A stretch of DNA of 64,000 bases from the human T2T-CHM13v2.0 reference genome, Homo sapiens, in assembly GCF_009914755.1 (NCBI RefSeq), contig NC_060933.1. One strand, given 5' to 3'. The translations under genes were made by a program, and so were the position numbers. The notes beneath the pieces were generated by a model. The model searched no databases. It was not told the DNA's origin and was given only the letters and a program-made list of their open reading frames with translations. This document shows, one piece after another, positions 29,004-42,303 of the stretch (position 1 is its first letter; the number at the start of each line of letters is the position of its first letter).

Positions 29004-31624
29004 TGAAGCTCAGAAGCTTGGCCCAAGTCCCAAATGAAATGGGCTCAGTTTCCAGAATAGCTAACTTTGCACATTGAGAGTTAATTTTTTCCCTCGTCAT
29101 CAACTTCCCTCCTATTCTAGAATGCCTGAGTCTGGCCCAAAGGGCTTCCTAGGAAAGGGCCCACGTGCCGCGGCAGAAGCCACACAGCCATGCTGCACCC
29201 CAGAGAGCGCCAAAGAAGATCGATTGACAACTGCAACATGCAACGTGCCAGATTTCTCTGGCAGTGCTCCAGCTAGTCAGAGCCAATTAATATGAAACCA
29301 ATAGGCCAAATCAACGTTTTCAGAAGTTAACTCAAAAAAATCCCAGAAGATTAACCAGCCTGTGGCCTTTGCTATGAAATTGTTACCACACCACTTTCTT
29401 TTCTTTTGAAAGTCCAGATGGGCAGATAAATCCAAAGTGGATCAACCACATCTGCCATTCCTCCACACAAATTACACCCCCTCCCACAACTTCCCTCTTC
29501 CCTCTCCAGCATGCAAAGCACTCAGGGCCTGGGCTGAATTGACATTTTATGCCACACTGTATGTTTTGAATTCCTCATTGTATTATGAGGAACTGCATCA
29601 TGACCCCTCTGAGGCAAAGAGCTGGCAGATTCTGAAATTTGCCTTCTCCAAAGGTGAGAACTGCATTTGTGGAGGGACGGCTTTCTTCCAGGCACAAAAT
29701 GAGCCAAGAGTAGAACCCAGCCCCGTTGGCTGCCTTCTCCAGTGTTCTGAACCGGTATTCAAATCAGCAAAGTCCAGGTGGGTGTTTTCTATTAATAATG
29801 CCCCCTTTTCTACATTTGCTAGGTAATGTATTATAGTGTCATGCCCAGTTGAGAGATGAGGTTATTAATAAAGTCCTTTCTTGAAGAAGAGAGTTGGGGG
29901 AAGGAAAGGAGAGAGGCAGGAGGGTTCCTTGGGATGGGCACCTCTCCTGCAGAGTAGCTGGTGTTGCTGGAATCTGGGCAGCCTATGGGGTTTGAGTCAA
30001 ATGTCAAAAGTTAAGGCCACCACCCCAGGATGTCTGTATAAATGGGTCCTTGAAACAAGAAGGACTTGAGATGTCAGAAATTGAAAATCTTGGGAAGAAC
30101 CAAATCAAGAGAGTACTGGAACATAATGCTGGGAAATACTCAAGAAACTGATGTTCATGCTGGCTTTTTGAGTGCTTCCTGGGTAGAGTGCACCGGAGTG
30201 TTAAAAGGCTAAGAACAGATTGACATAATCTGGAGCACAGTAGGAAACTTTCCAAGCTCAAATCCTTTAATTCCAAAACTTGTGTTCTTTAGGTAAATTA
30301 GTAAGCATTTTCCAAAGTTTCTCTATGAAGAAAGGAGCCGGGTGAATATACATTTTATACAGCTAGGGACACCTATTAAAAGCTCACTTTCCCTTTAAGA
30401 TTATTAAGAAAAGTATAGGGAATGTTCTATTTTATGTGGGCTGGGACTCTTGGCACAAAAACTGAGATTTTACCTAAGAAACTGAAATCGCGGAATTCCA
30501 GAGCAGGAAAATATTTCGAGATCAACTGTTCTTTAATACCCTTTTCATTTGACAGACAAGGAAACAGAAGCCGAGAGATGGAATATTGCATACAAGGTTG
30601 CACAGCAAGTGTGATGGGTGGTGACTTATACCTCAACCCCAACCTTGCAAGTTGGCCATGTGGTTGTGACATTTCTTCATGCCATTCTCAGAACACCAGT
30701 GAACAAAAACGATGTTGTTTGGGTAGATTAGCATTCCTGGGGTTTGAGTCTTTAAAATGTGGTTGTTTAGAAGTTTGAGAGAGGTTAGTCTTACAGAAAA
30801 GCACCTTGGGTTTTGCATGGCCATGTTAGCAGGACAAGCAGCACCCATAGGCTATCCTGAGTTCCTGACACCAGTGACCTTCCCGGGTTTGGCCCAGCAT
30901 GCTTCTCTGTTCCCAACCAGAGCATGGCTTGGGTAGTGTCCCACTTGCTGGTTTTTGTGCTGGCCTCCACACTGGACCTTGAGATGCCCTGCCTGTGTAT
31001 CATTTGGCAGCTCATCTGGCCCCAAAGACCTGAGCAGATCTGTCCTCTTCCTGCCTGGCCTGCCTCCAAAGTCTGATGCCTGGTCCTTGTCTTGATGTTG
31101 GCTTGAACTGGACAGTTTCTGTCATTATCCTGGCCACACATTCAAGGTTACTTGATGGAGATGCCCTGAGGACTTTGGGAATCTACAGCGTCTGCCGCAT
31201 GCCAGATATGACCTCACAGTGATAAAAGTAAGATCATCGCTTGATCCAATCACTATATCTCCCCACCCTTCCCACCATCCACAAACACATGCACCTATGT
31301 GCGCATTTTACAGACTAATCAGTTGAAGCTCGCAAAAGAGAAGCGATGGCCCCAAAGCACACAACCCTATGTGGTAGAGTTTCAGCTCAAGGTAGAGACT
31401 TCACTATAAGAAGCCATCCCTCCATTTTCAGTTCTAATGAAGAAAATCTTTTTGGGTTGTTGTATCCAACCTATATTTTACAGAAGTACGTTCTTAGTTC
31501 CTGTCCAAATGTTAGACGACACCAGCAGAAGAACAGCAAAGCCTAGTCTGGGTCATTTCCTATGACTACAAAATCATTAGATACAAAAAGGTATGTCTGA
31601 AAATTGTAAATGTTAAGAAGACAA

Positions 31625-31860
31625 TACTCATTCACTGTTCCCTAGTACCAAGTCCTGTTTAAGCACCTTACATGTACTAGTTCATTTAATCTTCACAATA
31701 GCCCCATGAGGAAGGTACTAGTTTTTTCCAGCTTTCCAGATGAGGAAATTAAGGAATAGAGAGATTAGGTTACTTGTCAGAGGTCACACTGCTAAAAAAT
31801 AGCAGAGCTGGGATTCAATCCAGGCTGTCTGCCTCCAGAGCCACATTCTTAGGTGCTATG
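31625..31860 (-). mobile_element. MIR SINE, near full length
   Basis: ttcatttaatcttcacaatagccccatgaggaagg…agatgaggaaattaagg…gagctgggattcaatccaggctgtctg. Confidence 0.85.
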
Positions 31861-32935
31861 CTGGGCTATCAAAAATATTTTGGCAGCTGAAGAAGTAGTC
31901 CAAATCACATATTGTTAGATTTGTTGAACAACAACTGCTAAACTCTGCATAGCTCTTTGGCATTTGCTGCTTAATCAAGTATGATTAGCTTTGTTGAAGA
32001 ATAACCACTAACCTCTGCATAGCTTGTGCATGTGAATTTTTAGTGTGTAACCTCTCATGGCTGCTCAAACCCCAGAACATGGAAGACTTAGGGGGACGGA
32101 AAGTGACTTTAGTGGTAAGTGGCAGAATGAGGATTTGAACTCAGCCCAAATTAAAGCATACTACTTTATCTATATTTTACATAAGAGGAATCTGAGGCTC
32201 AGAGGGATTCAGTAAGGCAAATCCCTCTCTTCGCAGGGAGCCCAGCATAGCCGTTTGTATGGGATTAGTGCTAAGTATGTATGAAGTCCTATGTCAAACC
32301 GTGTCTCCGGACTGAAGGATTCAAGGCTCCTGGCCTTAGTCCCTTGGGCAGAGTCTGGGGTCTCTATTGCATTCATGCTGGGGAGAAGAGATTTACACAA
32401 TACCCAACCAGATGCTGTAGGAGAATGAGGGAGAAGAGTGAGGCACAGGGTGAGCTGGGCTGAGGCTATCTGAGAATTCAGGCTCCAGGCTCCTGTGTGT
32501 AGGGCATGATTGTGGACCCTTGATCTGGAGAACCTTGAAGAGGAAGCAAATAGCATCAACTCATTTCTGCAGGACATAGAATTGGCCATCATCAGTCAAC
32601 ATGGGTTTCAATCTTAGATTGGTCTCTCTAAAGTCTTGTTTACTCCATTTATAAAATAGGGTCAAAACACTACTGACAGTACTAATTTGATTAGCGATTA
32701 AGTAAGATAATATAGCTCTTATTGATGACACATAGTGGGCCACCATACTTTTGTTTCCTTCCCCATCTTCTCTGTCAAACTCTGTCTTCCTTGACAATTA
32801 TCTGAAGAAGGCATTGATGTGATTTTATTTCCATGCAAGGATGAAATGAAATGAAAAGTAATTTTTAATGGCTTGCTGGTGTTAGGGGTTTTCAACCCTC
32901 CTTTTGCAATTGGCAGCAAAGGGTAACTCAGATGA

Positions 32936-33319
32936 TGCACTAGTGTCCAGTGGCTGCTGTAATGAATGACCACCAGCCTGGTATCTTAAAGCAACAGAAA
33001 TGTATTTGCTCCCAGTTCTAGAGGCCAGAAGTCCAAAGTCAAGGTGTTGTCAAGGTTTGGTTCCTTCCGGAGGCTCTGAGGAGGAATTCATTTCCAGACT
33101 CTCCCCTAGTTGCTGGTCCCTGATGGAAGTCCTTGACAATCCATGGCTTGTAGACTCATAAGGACAGTAGTCATTGGATTTAAGGCCCACTCAAATCCAG
33201 GATGATCCTATTTTGAGATTACCTTAATCCTATCTGTAAATATCCTTATAAGCTCACATCCTGAGTTTCCAGTGGACATGAATTTTAGGGAGGTGGGGTT
33301 CACTATTCAATTAACTATA
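32936..33319 (-). mobile_element. MLT1B/C-like MaLR solo LTR
   Basis: cttaaagcaacagaaatgtattt…cagttctagaggccagaagtccaaagtcaaggtgtt…gtcattggatttaaggcccac…cactattcaa. Confidence 0.8.
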
Positions 33320-34059
33320 GGCAGATTTCACAGGAGAAAAGGATACTGGATTAATATAATTAACTGTGGATTTTGCTTTGCCACTTGCCGCTCACTTGCT
33401 GGATAACCCTGGCCACATTACTTCCTTTGATCCTCAGCTCACTCCCCACATCACCTATAACGAGACCATGCAGAAGAGAGAACTTTGTAAAATTTTACCT
33501 AAGGCTGAGTGGGTTTTATGACTGGAGAGTGGATAAATGGGAACCCAGTGAGAAAAGAGACTGACAAAGTAGGGCTTTGCTGGCATCTTCTAAGTAGCAG
33601 CTGAAAATATTTTCCTCAAATGCCCATACATATCAGCATGCCCCACAGCCTTTTACTAAATTGGCCATCTTGATCTCTTCTTGACCAGGTTGTTCTGCCT
33701 TTCTGGAACTTGCAACTCTGAGGCTTCAGCAAGAGGGCGACGCCTGAGCCCCTGCCCATTTCTCCAAGCATGCAGGCATTATATAACTGCATTGACAAAC
33801 AGCCACCTGTCTCTGGCAGTGTGACCTGAAACCCATTCTCTGAGACTTGTCTGCGGGCTCTCAGTATACACTGTAACCGAGGAAATGCATGCTTTACAGA
33901 TGTTTATCTCCTAATTAAGAATCTGATGTGCCACTTACGGTAATGTACTTGCTCATGCTAATAGTTTCTCTTTCCTCAGAGGATCTGCCAGGGCGGATTT
34001 GATGCAACAAAAGAGAGTGTCCCTGGTGTGTTTTAATTAGGCTATTGGTCTCCAGTCAT

Positions 34060-34880
34060 GGTGAGTACCAGGTGCCAGGCCTGCTGCAAAGCAGTTCAGA
34101 TCAACAACCATCCACTGATTTCTATTCTAAGGTGAATGAGGTAGACTCTGCTTTTGAGGAGCTTTCAGCCTCCAGGGAGGGGGCTTGACAGACACAGATG
34201 ACTAATTAGCATGCAAGGTGTTCAGTGCTCTAAACCAGTCCTGTGGGCTGAGGACTTGGAATTCCACTGGAGGCTTGGAGTTTAGTGAAGATGGGACAAT
34301 TTAGCCAAGCTTGTCAAAAGAGACCAGTGGGAATTTATCAGGCAGACATGGAGCAGGACTACTATTCCTGGCAGAGGAAACGGCCTGAGTAAAGGCATAA
34401 AGGTGTAAAAAAGCAGATATTTGGCATGAGGTTGATGCCTGGGGTATATGGACAGAGTGGGAAGGGATGAGGGCAGACACCATGGGGACAGATCACACAG
34501 TGCCTTAAAAGTCAGGCCAAGGAGTTGATTCTGTAAATGCCAAAGGTGATATGATGGTGCTTGATTGGGAAGGAACATGATCGGGAGTGTATTGTAGATC
34601 AGTCACTGGCTGTAGCCTAGAAGACTGAACAGGAGGCCAAGGGAAGGCAGAAGGAACAGAAACTGTTGCAACACTTCAAGTTCAAGATGATGGTGGCCTG
34701 ATTGGAGTAGTGCCAGGGGAATGGATGAGTAGAACTCATATAATTATCCATCGGAGGTTGCAGGGAGAGGAGTGAGGTAGGAATGGAGGAAAAGTCTGCA
34801 TTTCTCTCTGGGATGACTTAGATATGGTCCATGAACTGAGATGAGGACTTCAGGAGGGGGTGCAAATCTGGGGGAGTTGG
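34060..34880 (-). mobile_element. L2 LINE fragment
   Basis: ctattcctggcagaggaaacggcctgagtaaaggc…gatgatggtggcctg are antisense L2 motifs. Confidence 0.7.
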
Positions 34881-35620
34881 TGGAAAGGGTACACTTGAGA
34901 TGAAGGTTGACTTAGGAGCCACCTGGTCATGAATCTAGGAAACCCACTCCATGCTGGGTGGGCTCCGTGATTTTAGGTGCCTAAGGAGAATCTTAGCTTA
35001 TATATTCCTATAATAAAAGTGCTGTGGGACCATCCACTGCAAGGACTGGAGTGGGTGTTCTAAACCTGCAGTTCCAGCCTTGACCACCCTGCCTAAGCGT
35101 CAAGGGGAACTTGCTGTGAAGCTCTGGAATCCTGACCTCAGGTGTCAGCCTCCACTCTGCCCCCTCGACCACAGGTTAACAATTTCCCAAACACCTTCAG
35201 ACCCTCCACCCCTGCCCCTCCAGCACTTCCTCTCTACTCCTCTCCCTCCTCTTCCTCCTCTTCTGCCTAGTGCCTTGCCTGGACTTGCTCAGAACAGGGA
35301 TTCTCTGATTCTCTTACCCTGCCTTGGCCCATGGTTGGGATTTGGTGGGTGGTAAGGCAGGAGGTGGGCAGAAGACGGTAGCATCTCCTTCCCCAACTTT
35401 GCCCCCCTTCCTGTCACATTTCTTCTTTTGCGTCTTTCCAGAAAAAGACATTATGGTCAGATGGGCTACAAGTTGGGTCTTACGGAGAGAGAAGGAGGAT
35501 GCTTGATAGTACTGAGTGATTCAAAGGCATTGAAAAACTGGCCCCATTATAAGGAGCAACTCCACAATAAAACAATTGCCCAATAGAATTGGCATCTAAC
35601 AGGTCTTTCTTATTTGTAAT

Positions 35621-36245
35621 TGTCAGAGGCATTTGAACCAGAACAACTCCATCTTGAATAGGGGCTGGGAAATACAAAGCTGAGACCTACTGGGTTGCAT
35701 TCCCAGGAGGTTAGGCATTCTAAGTCACAGGATAAGATAGATAGGAGGTCGGCACAAGATATAGGTCACAAAGACCTTGCTGATAAAAGGATGCAGTAAA
35801 GAAGCCAGCCAAAGCCCACCAAACCAAGATGGCGACGAAAGTGACCTCTGGTCGTCTCACTGCTCATTATGCACTAGTTATAATGCATTAGCGTGCTAAA
35901 AGACACTCCAACCAGCACCATGACAGTTTACAAATGCCTTAGCAACATCAGGAAGCTACCCTATATGGTCTAAAAAGGGGAGGAATCCTCAGTTGCAGGA
36001 ATTGCCCACTCCTTTCCTGGAAAACTCATGAATAATCATACCTCTTGTTAACATATTATCAAGAAATAACCATAAAAATAGCCAACCAGCAGCGCTGGGG
36101 GCTGCTCTGTCTATGGGATAGCCATTCTTTGATTTCTTTACTTTCCTAATAAACTTGCTTTCACTTTATGGACTCCAAATTCTTCCTTGCGGGAGATCCA
36201 AGAACCCTTTCTTGGGGTCTGGATCGGGACCCCTTTCCAGTAACG
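35621..36245 (+). mobile_element. MER41B ERV1 solo LTR
   Basis: Termini TGTCAGAGGCATTTGAACCAG…GGGACCCCTTTCCAGTAAC; 625 bp; AATAAA near 36148; 4-bp TSD-like TAAT/TCAT. Confidence 0.92.
36014..36022. promoter_or_regulatory. STAT GAS motif TTCCTGGAA inside MER41B
   Basis: Exact TTCN3GAA at the MER41B tandem-GAS position; the upstream partner is degenerate (TTGCAGGAA, 35993-36001). Motif only; function not shown. Confidence 0.5.
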
Positions 36246-37136
36246 TCATCATTGCTTTTTTTCTCCTTTCTCTCTTTCTTCCCTTCTTCAGTAAGTAGGA
36301 ACAGAGCACCTTCTCTGGTCAAGCACTGGCTAGAGCCTGGGGACACAAGAGGCGAGTAAGTCAGAGAGCAGGTCTACCAGGAGCACCAGATCTAGAGGCA
36401 GAAAAGAAAGCAGATGATCACGGCTCCCAAATGGAGGCCCATGGCTAGAGAAGCCCAAGGGAAGGGAACAAGTAGTTTGAGAACAGAGCTGCTTCATCCA
36501 TGTGCAGGATAAGTTTTCACAGGGAGAAAGGAAACAGGCCATTGCAGGCAAAAACATGACATGAAAGGCGATGCCTGGTTCTATCTTTCCTCTTTCCTTT
36601 CTTCATCTCGCTTCTCCTATTTTCTCTTTCATCTTCTTATCTCAACAAAACACTAATGAAATATTTGCACTATTTTTAAGCTAATATGTATTATTTTTAT
36701 CTAATGCTGCTTGTGACATAAAGACAATCTCCTATCACTCCCACCACAGAGATGACGCAAGTGTGGCTTGAAGACTTTAGGTGACATCCTGGTGGGTGGC
36801 TAGAGGGTAATGGACTTTGGAATTGGACGGTGAAAGCTGTTCTCCCCTCCATTTTTTATACCACCTCCTTTTGGAAAAATTTGGAAAGCAGTTATGTGCA
36901 TTTATTCTAATCTGTGTAAGTGCCTTCTTGCCATTGTATGAGAAAATAATATGAATGGGTAAGAAATGCACTAAATAGGAGGTCAGGAGACCTGGTCCTG
37001 TTATCTTTCCATAGGACCTCAGGGAGAGGATGAGGAGGGTCCTTCTTTTGCCTCCCATGCCCTACATACCTTGAGGTTCCCTGAGCAGAACAAATGGAAC
37101 CAACCACATAGCCCAGAGGTTTGCTGTTGCTCTTGC

Positions 37137-37262
37137 AGGGCTGTCCAGGGCTCATTGCTTGGCTTAATACTCTGCTGTCTCCACTTTAAAACTCTTTATA
37201 ATTTTAATAAGGCCCTGCATTTTTATTTTGCACTGGGACCCACAAATCACGTAGCCAGTCCT
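37137..37262. mobile_element. MER91A-like hAT MITE
   Basis: gcttggcttaatactctgctgtc…ggccctgcatttttattttgcactgggacccacaaatcacgtagccagtcct. Confidence 0.75.
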
Positions 37263-37779
37263 TCTCAGGAAACCTGCTTTCCTGCCCATTCACTGTCTCA
37301 CTGTCGCTGTCTGGCTGCCTCCCTTCAAGTGATTCCCTACTAGCTCCCCTGAGGCCAAGACTGTTCCTTTGATCTGAGACACGGGCTGGTTCCTGGGTCC
37401 ATGCAGAATAGCAGAATGATGGTGTCCAGCACCAGACATGATTATCCAAATCATTTCCTCCTGTGACCAGGACCTGGCTTAATACTTCCCAGGTACCAGG
37501 TGTTCCCCAAATATCTGCACGTGGAAGGGTTTGGGTAGCTCCATTCTTTTCTCTTTTGATAAAACAATTAGGTCATTTAGAATATGAAAAGCTTTGAAAT
37601 CATGAAAGTACTTTATTTGAAGTTTGGGGAAGAAAGGACTTTGATGGTAAAGAGAAAGACAGCTATTTCCATTTTAAACAAAGAAACAGCAGGAGAGATT
37701 TCTGGGAGAAGGTAATAACTCAGATTCTGTTGTCCACAATATTGGTAAGAGACTTTACAGAGTCACTCATTTAGTAAAT

Positions 37780-38025
37780 TGAGACTAGTCCCAGTAGGTA
37801 GACATTGCAGAAAGAAATCTTTGGCCTCAGAATAATGAAGAGATTCTAGCATTCAGAGATTTCCAGATGGAGATTTGGCCAACTCATAAGACAGTGAAGT
37901 GTTTATCCCTGGAAGCAATGAGCAAATTGCTGGTTTATGCCCATTCAACAGAGGGGTGGAGAAGAGCTGAGCATCAAATGGGCAATTGGACCAGATAGAG
38001 TTTAAGATTTTTAACAACCCTGGCA
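37780..38025 (+). mobile_element. L3/CR1 3' remnant
   Basis: Degenerate resemblance (tatccctggaagc…ttggaccagatagagtttaagatttttaacaacc). Confidence 0.45.
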
Positions 38026-40559
38026 ACCTGTGTTAGTTGATTCTAGTGACTCTGAGATACTGGGTTTTTCTAACCCAGAGATTCTATTTTTTTTTTTTTT
38101 TTTTTTTTTTGGTTTGTACCTAAAAGCTAAAGTTACCGACTTTCTATTTCTGCAGGAAACAAATGAAGAATCCAAATTTTCATATTTACCATATAAGCAG
38201 GAAGATATTGATTGCTTGAAATTACTGTTATAATTCCATAATTCTAGCCGGTGGCTTTCTTAAAATGAATGAATGAATGAACAAATTAATTAAGGAAAGA
38301 AATGAGAAACATTCAGTGCAGAAACAGTTCTTTCAAGATTACCAAGGTCAGGAAGGGTAGACCCCAGGTGGTGGTTCTCTCTGGACATGAGGTTCCATAA
38401 TCTTAGAAACTGTTGTGATGCCAGCAGCCTCTAGGGTATCCATTTCCCTGCACAGACTGGAGTGAACAACATTAGCACACACCTGGCCAAGGGCCTGGAA
38501 AGAGGATGTTTGTGAAACACTAATAGAAGCTTCTGTGTAACATCACAGTGTTCCCAGCACTTCCTCGGGCAGAAGCCACATCCTGGAAACAAGCCGTGTA
38601 CAGGTACATGAAGATGCAGTTGGCAACGTTCGTGTTTATTCCATTGAAAGCATGAAAGGCACCGGTCCTGAGGTCAGGAGTCCTGTGTGCTGGTCCTTGT
38701 TCTGCCTCTAAATACTTAGGTGGCTTTGGCAAAGTCCCTTCTCCTCCTGGGGACTCAGTTTTTCCATTTTTAAAATAGGGATGATAATAGTTTTACTCCA
38801 TACAATGGTTGTGAGGGTTGAATTAGTTAACATTTGTAAAATGCCTTAAAAAGTGCCCATTGTAAATACTATATAAATAATGAACCCAGAAGTGTCACTA
38901 GTCTTTACAGTAACCTCTTTAGATAGGCATTCTCTAAAGGAATCTGAGGCTCAGGTAGTCAGTGAAGTCCCCAAGGTAATATACCTGGCCATCACCCCAC
39001 TTTTCCACTGTCAGCAGGGCTAGATCAGCTATAAAATGACTTCCAATTCTGACATTCAGAGATCCCATCTTTATAAACTGACAACTTTGCCTGGATTACA
39101 TGTGTCCCTTAGTTCTCGTGGGCACCAGCTAGATGTAGGAAAGGTTCACTCGCAAGGGGACCTCCAATTCTGTTGGTGATGTGAAAGGCCATTTTCAGCA
39201 TCAGCATCTTGCTCTGTGTTCAGTGTGGCCTTGGAGGCTTTGACAGACCCTGACTATGTAACCTAGAGCTGCTGGGCCTCCTTTACATTAATGACGTGGA
39301 GCCTGGTTCTCCCAGCTCTGCGGCAATTCTAAATACATTCCAGGGTTGCCAAAATAAATGTCGAATCCTGATTCTCTCTTTGTAGTCCCTGTTTGTTAGG
39401 TCAACATCCCATAGCCTTCCAAGCTACTACAAATATTAGTGTCTGCTCCTCCCTTGTCCTCCTGTGTAATCGATCACCAATCCTGTCTTCAAGGTTAGTC
39501 CCATATGCTGCTTGAAATTTCTAAGTGAATCTGCATTATGTATGACATCTAAGCTTATCATTCTAGCACCTCAGGTGTTAGCTCCTCCCTACCTAGCTTC
39601 CTCTCCTACTCTCTCATTCTCCCTCCATGGGCTTCCCCTCACTGGCCTCCAGGGCGGCCAGCCCTCCATCTGTGAAGAACCTCTTGCTATAATCTGAACA
39701 CGCCAGGTTGTCCTCAGTCTTCCTCATCTACACCAGACACTTCTGGGGAAAATGCCCACCCTTTCCTCCTCTCCTGTTATTATGGCTGAAGTGCCCCTCC
39801 TTCTGTCTATCTCTAGACCCCATGCATGCCCTGTTGCTTTCTCAGGGACTTCATCTTTCCTCTGTTTTCTTTATTTTTTTGCTTCCTTGTTCCTTTATAT
39901 AAACTTAAAAATGCTCACTCCCTCCCATTTTAACAAAACTCCCCAATACCCATGTTTCACCCCAGCTATCACCCTTCACAGCCAATACTTTCTGCCACTA
40001 ATTCTTAACCTCCTACTTACTCTTGAGTTCATTGTAATCTGATTTTTGGTCTTTCCATTTTACTGAAATTATTCCTTGCCATTGTTTCCTCAAACCATCT
40101 TTTTCCTAAATCTAAAAGTCTAATCATTCCCAAGGCATTTTTAATTTGACATTTCAAAAGAATGTGATACTCCCCACTTCTTTAAAGTCTCCCTTCCTTC
40201 ATCCTGGAGTTTGTGGGGTTTTCTCCTCTCTCCTCGGCCACATATCCAACTTCACTTCCTCTGCCTCTACAGACTTCTCTTTTTCTTTCTTCCCTTTAAA
40301 TGCCTTTCCCCCCTGCAATAATTCTACTAGTCAAGATGGGTTGAACTGCACTAACAAACACCGCTTAAGATCTCAGTGACACATATTTGTTATTTGTTTA
40401 GGCTACATACCCAATGCAAGTTGGCAATAGGACAAATCTGAGAACCATGGACAGTCATTCCGCTCTATGAGCAAGACTGACCACTAATCAAGAAAATTCC
40501 AACATTTTCCCAGCTAGACTTCAGAATGGCTCTGGTGACAACTTTCTTGAGTGTCTATA

Positions 40560-41270
40560 GTCATTACCCTATGTCTGTCCCACCACTGTGTCAGGGGCAG
40601 ATAATTTGTCTCTTTCATTCCCAGGAGTTCAAATTGGGAGAATCTGTACTCAAGGAGCTATACGTAAAGAAGTATACCCAAGAAGATGTATTGACACCTA
40701 AACCTGATTTAGATGATGAGATTCCAGACTTCAAGCTGATTGGATAGAATGAGATTTTGGGGAGCCTTGGGGAGGGGCGAATGTGTTTTGGATGTGGGAG
40801 GCATGTGAACCATTGGGAGCTGGAGTCACACTGTCACAGCCAGCCTTCAAGATAGCCCTCATTTCCTAGCCTTCTAGTATTCACTTCCTTTTACAGACTC
40901 TGCCTCCATTGGATGGGGCTGGCCTGAGTAGCCAGTAGGATATTTCAGAAATGATGGAGTGTGATTTTGAGGGCAGGGCATAAAAGACACAGTGACTTCT
41001 GTCTTGTTCTCTGCCTCTGTTATCACTCCCAATGGGGGAAGCAAGAGACTATGTCATGAGGGCATCCAGCAGCACTGTGGAGAGGCCCACACAGCCACGA
41101 ACAGGGACCTCTTGCCAACTGCTATGTGAGGGAGCCATGTTAGAAGCAGATCTTCCAGCACGTCACATCTTCAGTTGCAACTTTCATTGACTTTCTGATA
41201 CCACTTCAGAAGAAACCTTAAGTCAGAAACTTCAGATAAGCTAAATTCCTGACCCTCAAATTGTGTCAAA
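40560..41270 (+). mobile_element. MaLR internal 3' end plus MLT1F-like 3' LTR
   Basis: gagattttggggagccttggggaggggcgaatgtgttttggatgtgggagg (MLT-int end) runs into tgtcacagccagccttcaagatagccc…cataaaagacacagtgacttctg at about 40832. Confidence 0.7.
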
Positions 41271-41879
41271 TGCGAGTGTCCATTAGCAAGTCTTCATCAT
41301 CTCCATTTCTGCCCAGTCACATTAACTCTTGACTAAACCACTGCAGCCGCTTCTCTAATAGGTTTCTTTGCTTTCAAATTTCTTTCTTTTCTGAAATTCA
41401 CTTTCCCTATGCGGACCTGAGTGAAATGTCAAAGTACGAATCTGCTGAAAATCCTCTGAAGATTTTCCAGTGCTCCTAGGAGAAATCCTAAACTTCCCAA
41501 TGTGGCCTATGAGGGCTGCTTGATCTGACTGCTGCCGACCTTTCCAAAGTAGTTCTCAAGACTCATTCAATTCAAAATTCAGGCCTTCAAATGTCTTTCA
41601 TTTTCTAGAATAAGCCTTCCTTTTTCTCGTTCCTTGACAAGACTTTTTGCACAAACTACTGTCTGCCCAGAACACTCCTCTGTTCTCTTTTCTCCCCCAG
41701 TTATTCTTCTCCCTTTGACCCCACATCTCTGAGAAGCCTGTCCAGACTTTCCTTGTCCAAGTCTGGGAAGCGACCCTCTTCTGTGCTCCATGACAATGTA
41801 TATCATATCCTTGTCACAATATTATCCATCCCTATGATATTACAGTAACAGTAATATTAATAACTACTCATAACATGCT

Positions 41880-42303
41880 CTCTGGGACTACCCCTGTGTC
41901 ATCTGAAGACATTTCCCCTACTCAAGAGCCTCTGCACCTGCCCTCAAAGATGCTCTTTGATCACAGAGCATGCTTGACTCACACTTAGGGCAGGCTAGAA
42001 GCACTGCAAAGTTAACCTCAATCAATGAGGGTTAAGAGTTGGTGAATAAATAGCCCATCTTCTTCATTTTAGTGGGCCCCTTCTGAGGTATGCTCTATGA
42101 TATGTCTCAGAATTTCAATGGGATTAAGCCCCAGTTACCCAGAGGAGTTACCTGTCCATAAACATATCCTTCATTAGTGGTCTTTTTTCCCTCTGTGTCC
42201 CATCTCCACTCCCTCACAGCTTCTTGCATCTTTTCCCAAATAAACTACTAGTACACATACCCGTTCTCAGGGTCCGATTTGAGAGTTAACCACACTGGGT
42301 CAC
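41880..42303 (+). mobile_element. LTR16C-like ERVL solo LTR
   Basis: gggattaagccccagttaccca…cccaaataaactactagtacac…tctcagggtc. Confidence 0.7.

Noticed and set aside
28568-29037. Hydrophobic Leu/Ser/Cys-rich ORFs resembling membrane proteins
   Set aside because: Artefact of the TC-rich low-complexity tract.
39292-39299. UPRE-like TGACGTGG
   Set aside because: A single 8-mer without supporting context; plausible by chance in 64 kb.
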